Shown here: positions 8,526 through 16,666 of the stretch, piece after piece
Layout of the letters: each line of letters starts with the position of its first letter
How positions within the stretch are numbered: the first letter of the stretch is position 1
DNA from: an uncultured Rhodocyclaceae bacterium
GTDB lineage: Bacteria; Pseudomonadota; Gammaproteobacteria; Burkholderiales; Ga0077523
Direction: 5' to 3'
Length of the DNA: 33,302 bases
Assembly (NCBI GenBank): GCA_964641005.1
Contig: CAZXJW010000001.1
Location: 2,415-35,716, forward strand
Position numbers and translations under genes: made by a program
The notes under the pieces: generated by a model
The model's database searches: none
Told to the model about the DNA's origin: nothing
The model's input: only the letters and a program-made list of their open reading frames with translations

Positions 8526-10601
8526 TCACACGCGCAGCAGTTCGCCCCGCCCGCCGAGCCAGCGCTCCACGTGGGCGCGGGCCGCCGCCTCGTGGTGCTG
8601 CAGCATCCAGGCGGCCGCGTCGCGGGCGGACTCCAGCAGCGCCGCGTCGGCCACCAGGTCGGCGAAGCGCAGCATGGGCACGCCGCTCTGGCGCGCGCCC
8701 AGCAGCTCGCCCGGGCCGCGCAGGCGCAGGTCCTCCCGGGCGATCTCGAAACCATCGGTGTTCTCGTAGATGATCCTCAGCCGCTCGCGCGCCAGCGGGC
8801 CGAGCGGCTTCTGGTAGAGCAGCACGCAGGCCGACTCGGTGGAGCCGCGCCCCACGCGCCCGCGCAGCTGGTGCAGCTGCGACAGGCCCATGCGCTCGGC
8901 GTGCTCGATCACCATCAGCGAGGCGTTGGGCACGTCCACACCCACCTCGATCACGGTGGTGGCCACCAGAAGCTGGATGCCGCCGGCCTTGAAGTCGGCC
9001 ATCACCCGGGCCTTCTCCACCGCGGGCAGCCGCCCGTGCACCAGGCCCACCACGAGGTCCGGAAACGCTGCCTGCAGCACGGCGTGGGTGTCGAGCGCGG
9101 TCTTGAGCTGCAGCTGCTCGCTCTCCTCGATGAGCGGGCACACCCAGTAGGCCTGGCTGCCCGCGGCGCAGGCCTGGCGCACGCGGTCGAGCACGGCCTC
9201 GCGCCGCTCCTCCGACACCACCTTGGTCACCACCGGCGTGCGCCCGGGCGGCAGTTCGTCGATCACCGAAACGTCCAGGTCGGCATAGAAGCTCATGGCC
9301 AGCGTGCGCGGGATCGGCGTGGCACTCATCATGAGCTGGTGGGGCAGCGCATCGCCACCGGCGCCCTTGAGCCGCAGCGCGAGCCGCTGGTGCACGCCGA
9401 AGCGGTGCTGCTCGTCCACGATGGCGAGCGCCAGCCGGGGGAAGGTGACCGCTTCCTGGAACAGCGCGTGGGTGCCCACGGCCACGGCGGCGCGCCCCTC
9501 CTCCACCGCGGCGAGCGCCGAGCGGCGCGCCTTCGCCCCGAGGCTGCCGGCGAGCCAGGCCACCTCCACCCCCAGCGGCTCGAACCAGCCGCGGAACTTG
9601 TGGTGATGCTGCTCGGCCAGGATCTCGGTGGTCGCCGTATCATTAAAAAAGAAACCATCCTGCACGGCGCACGCGGCCGCGAGCGCGGCCACCACGGTCT
9701 TGCCGCTGCCCACGTCGCCCTGCAGCAGTCGCTGCATGGGATGCGCGCGGGAGACGTCCGCGCGGATCTCGCCGAGCACGCGCTGCTGGGCGCCGGTCAG
9801 GCGGAACGGCAGTTCCGCCTCGAGCCGGGCGGCGAGCGCCCCGCCAGCGCCCAGCGGCTCGGCGCGCGCCGCGTCGCGCGAGCGGCGGTGGATGCGCATG
9901 GAGAGCTGCTGGGCGAGCAGTTCGTCGAACTTCACCCGCTGCCAGGCCGGGTGGATGCGCGACTCCAGCGCCTCGAGGGCGACGTCGGGCGGCGGATCGT
10001 GCAGCAGCTTCAGCGACTCCGCGTAGGACGGCAGCGCCAACCGCTTCACCAGGCCGGCGGGCAGCGTGTCCGAGAGATCGCACTGCGCGAGTGCCCGCGC
10101 CACTGCCTGGCGCAGCGCCGGCTGCGACAACCCGGCGGTGGTGGGATAGACCGGCGTGAGCCGGTCCGGCAGCGCCTCGTCGCCACGCACCACGCGGATG
10201 CGCGGATGGACCATCTCCGCCCCGAAGAAGCCGGGCCGGATCTCGCCCACCAGGCGCACCCTGGCGCCGGGCAACAGCTGCTTCTGCTGGCTGGGATAGA
10301 AGTTGAGCAGCCGCACCACGAGCTCGCCGCCGGCGTCGCGCACCCGTGCCACCAGCTGGCGGCGCGGTCGGTACTTCACGTCCGCGTCCACCACCGTGCC
10401 CTCCACCTGGGTGAGCACGCCGGCGGGCGCCTCGGCGATGGGATACAGCCGGGTCTCGTCCTCGTAGCGCAGCGGCAGGTGCAGGGGAAGCTCGCACAGC
10501 CTGCGCAGGCCGAGTTTCGCGAGGCGCTCGGCGACGCTCGGGGCGATGCCCTCGAAATCGCCCGCCGGCGCGGCGCGCGCCGGCTTGTCAGCCGTCGGCA
10601 A
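8526..10601 (-). CDS. recG: ATP-dependent DNA helicase RecG
   Basis: 691 aa with Walker A GDVGSGKT, DEQHRFG, SATPIPRT and GRVGRG, plus an N-terminal wedge region (LPLRYEDET). The listed start at 10601 is TTG and overlaps the ridA-like stop by 14 nt, so the start is uncertain. The motif Ia region is disrupted by the adapter-like patch at 9621-9654. Confidence 0.92.
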   Translation of the reverse strand: MPTADKPARAAPAGDFEGIAPSVAERLAKLGLRRLCELPLHLPLRYEDETRLYPIAEAPAGVLTQVEGTVVDADVKYRPRRQLVARVRDAGGELVVRLLNFYPSQQKQLLPGARVRLVGEIRPGFFGAEMVHPRIRVVRGDEALPDRLTPVYPTTAGLSQPALRQAVARALAQCDLSDTLPAGLVKRLALPSYAESLKLLHDPPPDVALEALESRIHPAWQRVKFDELLAQQLSMRIHRRSRDAARAEPLGAGGALAARLEAELPFRLTGAQQRVLGEIRADVSRAHPMQRLLQGDVGSGKTVVAALAAACAVQDGFFFNDTATTEILAEQHHHKFRGWFEPLGVEVAWLAGSLGAKARRSALAAVEEGRAAVAVGTHALFQEAVTFPRLALAIVDEQHRFGVHQRLALRLKGAGGDALPHQLMMSATPIPRTLAMSFYADLDVSVIDELPPGRTPVVTKVVSEERREAVLDRVRQACAAGSQAYWVCPLIEESEQLQLKTALDTHAVLQAAFPDLVVGLVHGRLPAVEKARVMADFKAGGIQLLVATTVIEVGVDVPNASLMVIEHAERMGLSQLHQLRGRVGRGSTESACVLLYQKPLGPLARERLRIIYENTDGFEIAREDLRLRGPGELLGARQSGVPMLRFADLVADAALLESARDAAAWMLQHHEAAARAHVERWLGGRGELLRV
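9621..9654 (-). other. Illumina P5 flow-cell oligo sequence (24-nt exact match plus T-rich spacer) embedded in recG; probable assembly or adapter contamination
   Basis: The minus strand reads TTTCTTTTTT-AATGATACGGCGACCACCGAGATC. The last 24 nt equal the 5' part of P5 (AATGATACGGCGACCACCGAGATCTACAC). It is the only AT-rich patch inside an ORF in this window. It replaces the conserved RecG segment x-Q-x-A-L-M-A-P with FFFNDTAT. Confidence 0.7.
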
Positions 10602-10968
10602 GGATGGCGTCCACCTCGACGGAGGCAGCGCGCGGCAGGCCTGCCACCTGCACCGTGGTGCGCGCAGGCCAGGGCTGGCGGAAATAGCCGGCCATGATCT
10701 CGTTGAGCTTCGGGAAATCGCGCATGTCGGTCAGGTAGACCTGGACCTTCACCGCATCGTCGAGGCTGCGCCCGGCGGCCGCCGCCACCGCCTGGAGGTT
10801 GCGGAACACCTGGTGGATCTGCGCCTCGATGCCGCCGGGCACCAGCTCGCCGGTGGCCGGATCCAGCGGCGTCTGGCCGGAGAGGTAGATGGCGCCATGG
10901 CTGCGCACGGCCTGGGAATAGATGCCGATGGCGGCGGGTGCGTCGGGACTGTGGACGGGCTGGCGCAT
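10588..10968 (-). CDS. RidA / YjgF / TdcF-family reactive-intermediate deaminase
   Basis: 126 aa from ATG 10968 (MRQPVHSPDAPAAIGIYSQAV...ARTTVQVAGLPRAASVEVDAI), with GAGG 6 nt upstream. The longer 152-aa track ORF adds an unlikely N-terminal extension. Confidence 0.85.
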   Translation of the reverse strand: MRQPVHSPDAPAAIGIYSQAVRSHGAIYLSGQTPLDPATGELVPGGIEAQIHQVFRNLQAVAAAAGRSLDDAVKVQVYLTDMRDFPKLNEIMAGYFRQPWPARTTVQVAGLPRAASVEVDAILADG

Positions 10969-11120
10969 GGAAACCTCGGGGAATGGTGACGCGGCATGGT
11001 ATGCGAGCCCCCCGGCTGCCTCAATGCACCGCGGCGCGGCAACCACTCCCGTCGCCGCGCGTACTGCACCGCAGCATCGGCGGTGCTACGATGCGCGCCT
11101 CGCCTCCGGGCGCGTGCCTC

Positions 11121-13061
11121 ATGAACGACCCCCAGCCCAGTTCCGCCGCCGCGGCGGACCCGGAAGGCTCTCCGCCACCGGGCCCGGCGGGTCCGCATCG
11201 CCGCAGCAGCCTGGCCGCCCTGGCGCTGGGCGCGGTGGGCGTGGTGTTCGGCGACATCGGCACCAGCCCGCTGTACACCATGAAGGAGGCCTTCGGCCCG
11301 GCCCACGGTCTGGCACTCACCCACGACAACGTGCTGGGCGTGCTGTCGCTCGTGTTCTGGTCGCTCATGGTGTTCGTGACGCTCAAGTACGTCACGCTGG
11401 TGATGCGTGCCGACAACCGCGGCGAGGGCGGCATCATGGCGCTCATGTCGCTGGTGGTGGGCACCACGGCACGCCGCTCGCGTGGCCGCTGGTGGCTCAT
11501 GACCCTGGGCATGTTCGGTGCGGCGCTGTTCTACGGCGACAGCATGATCACGCCGGCCATCTCGGTGCTCTCGGCGGTGGAAGGGCTGTCGGTGGCCACG
11601 CCGGTGTTCGACCCCTACATCGTGCCCATCACCCTGGTGGTGATCGTGGTGCTGTTCGTGGTGCAGTTCAAGGGCACGGGCACGGTGGGCGCGCTGTTCG
11701 GGCCCATTACGCTCGCGTGGTTCATCGTGCTCGCGGTGCTCGGCGTCGGCCAGATCATCCACAACCCGCACGTGCTGCTCGCCCTGAACCCGGCGTGGGC
11801 GGTCGGCTTCTTCGTGGAGAACCGGCTCGCGGCCTTCCTGGCGCTGGGCGCGGTGGTGCTGGCGGTGACGGGCGCCGAGGCGCTCTATGCCGACATGGGC
11901 CACTTCGGGCGCACGCCCATCCGCCTGGCGTGGTTCGCGGCGGTGTTCCCCGCGCTGGTGCTGAACTACTTCGGCCAGGGGGCCCTGCTGCTGTCCGACC
12001 CCTCGGCGGTGGCGCACCCCTTCTTCCGCATGGTTCCCGGCTGGGCGCTGTACCCGATGGTGGCGCTCGCCACCATGGCCACGGTGATCGCCTCCCAGGC
12101 GGTGATCTCGGGCGCCTACTCCCTCACCCGCCAGGCCATCCAGCTCGGCTACTGCCCGCGACTGGCCGTGCACCACACCTCCGAGAAGGAGATGGGCCAG
12201 GTGTACATGCCGTGGATCAACTGGGCGCTGCTGGTGGCCGTGATCGCGCTGGTGCTGGGCTTCCGCTCCTCCAGCGCGCTGGCCTCGGCCTACGGCATCG
12301 CGGTGACGGGCACCATGGCCATCGACACCATCCTGCTGTACTTCGTGATCAGCCGGGTGTGGAAGTGGGGCCGCGCCGCGGCGCTGGCCATCTGCGGCGT
12401 GCTGCTGGTGATCGACCTGGCCTATTTCGGCGCGAACTCGGTGAAGGTGTTCCAGGGCGGCTGGTTCCCGCTGGTGATCGCCGCGGCGGTGTTCCTCGTG
12501 ATCTCCACCTGGCGGCGCGGACGCGAACTGCTGTTCGACCGGCTGCGCCCGGGCGCGATCCCCATCGAGCCCTTCCTCGCCTCCATCACCGCCCACCCGC
12601 CGCAGCGCGTGCCCGGCACGGCCGTGTTCCTCACGGCAGGCCGCGAGGGCGTGCCGCACGCCATGCTGCACAACCTCAACCACAACAAGGTGCTGCACGA
12701 GCGCGTGGTGCTGCTCACGGTGCTCACCGAGAACGTTCCGTACGTGGACGACGCCAACCGCCTGGAGGTGGCGGAGCTCGGCGCTGGCTTCTACCGCATG
12801 ACCGTGCGCTACGGCTTCAAGGATGAACCCGACCTGCCGAAGGCGCTCATGCTGCCCAACGCGCTCGGCCTGCAGTTCGAGATGATGGAGACCTCGTTCT
12901 TCCTGTCGCGCCAGACCATCGTGCCCACCAGGGCGCCGGGCATGCCGCTGTGGCGCGAGAAACTGTTCGCCGCGCTGTCGCGCAACTCCGGCAGCGCCAC
13001 GGAGTTCTTCCGCATCCCCACCAACCGGGTGGTGGAGCTGGGAACGCAGATCGAGATCTAG
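11121..13061 (+). CDS. kup: KUP/HAK/KT-family potassium uptake protein
   Basis: 646 aa from ATG 11121 (an alternative ATG lies at 11091). Family signature GVVFGDIGTSPLYT, 12 predicted TM segments and a cytoplasmic C-terminal domain ending ...VVELGTQIEI. Confidence 0.92.
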   Translation: MNDPQPSSAAAADPEGSPPPGPAGPHRRSSLAALALGAVGVVFGDIGTSPLYTMKEAFGPAHGLALTHDNVLGVLSLVFWSLMVFVTLKYVTLVMRADNRGEGGIMALMSLVVGTTARRSRGRWWLMTLGMFGAALFYGDSMITPAISVLSAVEGLSVATPVFDPYIVPITLVVIVVLFVVQFKGTGTVGALFGPITLAWFIVLAVLGVGQIIHNPHVLLALNPAWAVGFFVENRLAAFLALGAVVLAVTGAEALYADMGHFGRTPIRLAWFAAVFPALVLNYFGQGALLLSDPSAVAHPFFRMVPGWALYPMVALATMATVIASQAVISGAYSLTRQAIQLGYCPRLAVHHTSEKEMGQVYMPWINWALLVAVIALVLGFRSSSALASAYGIAVTGTMAIDTILLYFVISRVWKWGRAAALAICGVLLVIDLAYFGANSVKVFQGGWFPLVIAAAVFLVISTWRRGRELLFDRLRPGAIPIEPFLASITAHPPQRVPGTAVFLTAGREGVPHAMLHNLNHNKVLHERVVLLTVLTENVPYVDDANRLEVAELGAGFYRMTVRYGFKDEPDLPKALMLPNALGLQFEMMETSFFLSRQTIVPTRAPGMPLWREKLFAALSRNSGSATEFFRIPTNRVVELGTQIEI

Positions 13062-13082
13062 GCGGGAGAAATCCGGCGGCGG

Positions 13083-14183
13083 TCAATGCCGCGTCTTCGA
13101 CTCCGGGAACATGTACACCTTGCCGCCCTTCATGCGCGGCGGCGAGGGCTGGTTGCCCTTGCTCACGGCGTCGGCGGCGGAATCGAACACGATCGCCACC
13201 ACCTTGCGCGAGGCGTCGCGATAGCAGCGCAGGCGCAGCTGGTCGATGTGCCAGTAGGGATCGGCGAGCCGGTCGCAGCGCGCCAGCTCCATGAGGAAGC
13301 CCCCGTTGGCCAGCGCGATGCGGCGAGACTGGTGCTCGGTGCCCTGGATGAGACGCGCGAAGTCCGGCGCCTGGGCGCCCTCCTCGAGCAGCGACACCAC
13401 CACCGGCCGGGCAGGCTCGCCCAGCTCGGTGCGCTCGAAGCCCACGCTCACCACGAAGGAATCCATGCCCTTGTACGACTCGGTCTCGCAGGTGTACGCC
13501 TCGTGGTGGAAGACGAAGAAGCTCACCGCCGCCTGGCCCCACTTCAGTGCCGTCTCCACCGCGAAGGACAGGTCCCACTTGCCGGCCTTGAGGTCGGGGA
13601 TCACCGCCGAGGTGCCGCCGCGCGACTGGCAGGCCACGGACAGCTTGTCGCCCACCTTGAAGCCGGCGAACTCCTCGAAGTCGGAGTGGGACATGTACTC
13701 GTAGGTCTCCTCGAGGCCCTCGGCCATCTCGCCGCGTTCGTAGCTGACGCGACCGTCGTAGCCCGTGCCGTCGGGATACGCGTACTCCAGGGTGAAGCGC
13801 AGCTTCTGGTATTCCTCGGAGAGCATGCGCGCCAGCCCCAGCAGCGGCGTGCGGCTGGTGTAGAACTCGTAGGTGACCGAGTTCTCCTCCTCGGTGACGA
13901 TGTAGACCGGGTGGCTGGAATCGGCGTAGTCGCCCCAGCGCTCGCGCAGGTAGGCGCACAGGCGCCCCATGGTGCGCGCCGAATCGCCGAACAGCGGATC
14001 GGGCACCGGGTCGAATTCGCCGAACTTCAGGAACCAGTCGACCTCGCTGCCCCAGCGCTCGGATTCCTCCAGGGCGCGGCGGAAGGTGCGCAGCTCGGGC
14101 GGCTCGCCGCTCACCTGGAGCAGCTGGCGGCAGCCGGCCTCGTCGTCGTCTTCGGGGGAATCGGGGTAATCGTCTTCGGACAT
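13083..14183 (-). CDS. Hypothetical acidic cytoplasmic protein (no family confidently recognised)
   Basis: 366 aa, ATG at 14183, codon usage native for this window. Very acidic N-terminus (MSEDDYPDSPEDDDEAG), with no signal peptide or TM segment. Convergent with kup (21-nt gap) and divergent from the sirtuin gene. Confidence 0.7.
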   Translation of the reverse strand: MSEDDYPDSPEDDDEAGCRQLLQVSGEPPELRTFRRALEESERWGSEVDWFLKFGEFDPVPDPLFGDSARTMGRLCAYLRERWGDYADSSHPVYIVTEEENSVTYEFYTSRTPLLGLARMLSEEYQKLRFTLEYAYPDGTGYDGRVSYERGEMAEGLEETYEYMSHSDFEEFAGFKVGDKLSVACQSRGGTSAVIPDLKAGKWDLSFAVETALKWGQAAVSFFVFHHEAYTCETESYKGMDSFVVSVGFERTELGEPARPVVVSLLEEGAQAPDFARLIQGTEHQSRRIALANGGFLMELARCDRLADPYWHIDQLRLRCYRDASRKVVAIVFDSAADAVSKGNQPSPPRMKGGKVYMFPESKTRH

Positions 14184-14301
14184 TCTGCGGACGCAGGGCG
14201 GGCGGGAGTACGGCGGGCCGGCAGTTTACAACAGGCCACCCCCCGGAGGCCCGGCGCTGCTACGCTGGCAACTCCACCACCCCTGCCACTCGACCGTCCG
14301 G

Positions 14302-15138
14302 ATGCCTGCCGATCCCGTCGCCCGTGCCGCCGGCTTCATTGAGGAGGCCGACGGGCTGGTCGTCACGGCCGGCGCCGGCATCGGCGTGGACTCGGGCCTG
14401 CCGGACTTCCGCGGTGGCGCGGGCTTCTGGGGTGCCTATCCGGCCCTGGGCCGCGCCGGCATCCGCTTCGAGCACATCGCCAGCCCGGACACCTTCCACG
14501 ACGACCCGGAACTGGCCTGGGGCTTCTACGGCCACCGGCTGGCGCTGTACCGGAAGACCGTGCCCCACGAGGGCTTCGCCATCCTGCGCGCCATCGGCGC
14601 GCGGCTGCCGGGCGGCGCATTCGTCTACACCAGCAACGTGGATGGCCAGTTCCAGAAGGCGGGCTTCGATCCGGCTTCGGTGCTGGAGTGCCACGGCTCC
14701 ATCCACCACCTGCAGTGCCTGAAACCCTGCGGCGAGCGCATCTGGCCGGCGGAGGACTTCGAGCCGGTGGTGGACGAGGCCCGCTGCCGGCTGGTGTCGC
14801 CGCTGCCGTCATGCCCGAAATGCGGCGGCGTGGCGCGCCCGAACATCCTCATGTTCGGCGACTGGAGCTGGCTCGATGCCCGCACCGCCCTCCAGGGCCG
14901 GCGCTGGGCCGACTGGCGCGCCGGCGTGCGCCGCCCGGTGGTGGTCGAGGTGGGCGCCGGCACTGCCATCCCCTCGGCGCGGCGCTTCGGCGAGGAGCAG
15001 GGCTGCCCGCTGGTGCGCATCAACCCCGTGGAGAGCTCGGTGCCGGCGCGTGGCGTCGCGTTGCGCATGGGCGGGATGGCGGGGCTGGTGGCGTTGCGCG
15101 ACGCGTTGCGGGCGGGCGGCTACCTGCCGGCAATCTAG
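14302..15138 (+). CDS. Sir2-family NAD-dependent protein deacylase (sirtuin)
   Basis: 278 aa with GAGIGVDSGLPDFRG, TSNVDGQF and the catalytic ECHGS. The Zn-ribbon cysteines are present (CLKPC...CPKC). Confidence 0.85.
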   Translation: MPADPVARAAGFIEEADGLVVTAGAGIGVDSGLPDFRGGAGFWGAYPALGRAGIRFEHIASPDTFHDDPELAWGFYGHRLALYRKTVPHEGFAILRAIGARLPGGAFVYTSNVDGQFQKAGFDPASVLECHGSIHHLQCLKPCGERIWPAEDFEPVVDEARCRLVSPLPSCPKCGGVARPNILMFGDWSWLDARTALQGRRWADWRAGVRRPVVVEVGAGTAIPSARRFGEEQGCPLVRINPVESSVPARGVALRMGGMAGLVALRDALRAGGYLPAI

Positions 15139-16658
15139 GCGCGAGCCCTTCCCTTGCGGGCCACACGACGCCATGCCGCCACGGTCCCCGTCCCCGCCAG
15201 CCCGAGTCCGCAGAGGCTGCCCGCGACGAGCAGCACGTCCCACGCCGGCCGGTTCTCCAGCAGCGGTAGCCAGTCCCAGCTGTGCAGGAAGGCGAAGGCC
15301 CAACGCTTGACGCGCTGGTGGCGATCGAGGCGGCCGGCGACGGCGCCGGTGTGCGGGTCCACGTGCACCCAGGTGTCGTGCGCATCGGCGAAGCGCACGC
15401 GCAGCACCGGCAGGCGCTTCTCCACGTGGCCCAGCATGGTGTGCTCCGCCCGCCCGTACCAGTAGGCGTCGAAGCCCTCCAGCCACTGCGCCGAGGCCAC
15501 CCGTGAGCCGGGCAGCAATCGCGCGGCGGCCGCTTCCACCGCGGCGCGCGGCAGCCGCTCCAGAGCGGCGCCTTCCGGCACGGCCGGCAGCACGCGCGTG
15601 CCGCCGCCGCCATCGAAGCCCACGTACAGGCCGGTGCCGTCGAACACGCGCAGTTCCAGCTCGCGCGCCGTGAACCCCGCCGCGCGCAGCCGCGCCAGCG
15701 CCTCCGCCGGCCCGAAGGCGAAGCGCCCGGGCTCGAGCGCCCCGCCGTGGAAGGCCGCCTCGTCCAGCGGCGGCGCGCCCGAGTCGAACAGCCTCCAGGG
15801 GTTCATGGAGAACAGCCCGCTCATCACCCACGTGAAGGCGAGCGCGCCCGCACCCAGCCCCAGCCAGTGGTGCCAGCGCGCCACGCCTGGCGGGTAGGGA
15901 CTGGCAGTGCCGTTGCGATAGGGACGCCGCCATCGCACCCGCAGCCAGCCCGCCGCGGTGCCAGTGACCACGAGAGCCGTGCCGGCCACCGACAGCCAGA
16001 CCACGATGTCGTGCCAGTGGCGGTCCACCGCCCCGCCCCGGAACACGTACAGCCAGTGCAGCCACGCACCCACCCAGTTCCAGGCGCGCTCGGTGGCGGT
16101 GGCATCGCGCACCGGTTCCCCCGTGCGAGAGGACACCCACACCACCGTGCCCTCCGCGTCGTCCGCGCGCACGCGCCACAGCGGGCGATGGGGGTCGAGG
16201 GCGCGCGAGTGGGTCCACGCGTCCTCGGCGACGGCGCCCTCGGAGACGACCCCGGCACCGGGCCGGTACGCGCGCGCCGCGGAGAGGGCGGCCGCCTCGT
16301 CCACAGGGTCGATGGGCGCCACGGCGCCCTTCGCGGCCTCCACCGCCACCGGCGCCGCCTTGCCGAACCCCAGCACCGCGCGCGGCGCCCCGGCCACGGT
16401 GGTGAGCCGCACCGAGGAAGGCGCCCCGGCGACGCCCGACGCCGACGCGTTCCCCGCGCGAGCCGCGGCCAGCAGGTCCTCCAGCGACGCGCAGCAGCGC
16501 TGCGGATCGAGCGGCGGCAGCGCCGCCAGCCGCTCGGCGGTGGTGAGCTTGGGATAACCCACGTACATCATCACCAGGCCCGAGCCGAACCACAGCAGGA
16601 GCACCAGGCACAGCGCGATGCCCAGCCAGCGGTGGGCGAGGAACAGCAGCCGCTTCAT
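15135..16658 (-). CDS. PepSY-associated TM-helix protein (PiuB-like, iron-regulated membrane protein family)
   Basis: 507 aa from ATG 16658 (MKRLLFLAHRWLGIALCLVLLLWFGSG...), 8 nt after the receptor stop. It has the terminal TM helices and HRW-type motifs typical of the family. The longer 747-aa track ORF runs into the receptor gene. Confidence 0.85.
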   Translation of the reverse strand: MKRLLFLAHRWLGIALCLVLLLWFGSGLVMMYVGYPKLTTAERLAALPPLDPQRCCASLEDLLAAARAGNASASGVAGAPSSVRLTTVAGAPRAVLGFGKAAPVAVEAAKGAVAPIDPVDEAAALSAARAYRPGAGVVSEGAVAEDAWTHSRALDPHRPLWRVRADDAEGTVVWVSSRTGEPVRDATATERAWNWVGAWLHWLYVFRGGAVDRHWHDIVVWLSVAGTALVVTGTAAGWLRVRWRRPYRNGTASPYPPGVARWHHWLGLGAGALAFTWVMSGLFSMNPWRLFDSGAPPLDEAAFHGGALEPGRFAFGPAEALARLRAAGFTARELELRVFDGTGLYVGFDGGGGTRVLPAVPEGAALERLPRAAVEAAAARLLPGSRVASAQWLEGFDAYWYGRAEHTMLGHVEKRLPVLRVRFADAHDTWVHVDPHTGAVAGRLDRHQRVKRWAFAFLHSWDWLPLLENRPAWDVLLVAGSLCGLGLAGTGTVAAWRRVARKGRARA

Positions 16659-16666
16659 GGCGCGCC

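Noticed and set aside
7755-10697. 980-aa plus-strand ORF
   Set aside because: It is antisense to recG and to the 5' end of the HyfB-like gene. Its translation is Arg/Gly/His/Ala-rich, whereas the recG frame has all the helicase motifs.
10749-12698. 649-aa minus-strand ORF
   Set aside because: It is antisense to kup, which has the GDIGTSPLY signature and a 12-TM profile. The antisense translation is His/Arg/Gly-rich.
13083-15138. Sir2-based anti-phage defence system (Thoeris/DSR/SIR2-HerA-like)
   Set aside because: The Sir2 protein is a short (278 aa) canonical sirtuin with an intact Zn-ribbon and catalytic His. It has no SLOG, TIR, HerA or other effector/sensor partner. The neighbouring gene is divergent and has no recognisable defence domain.
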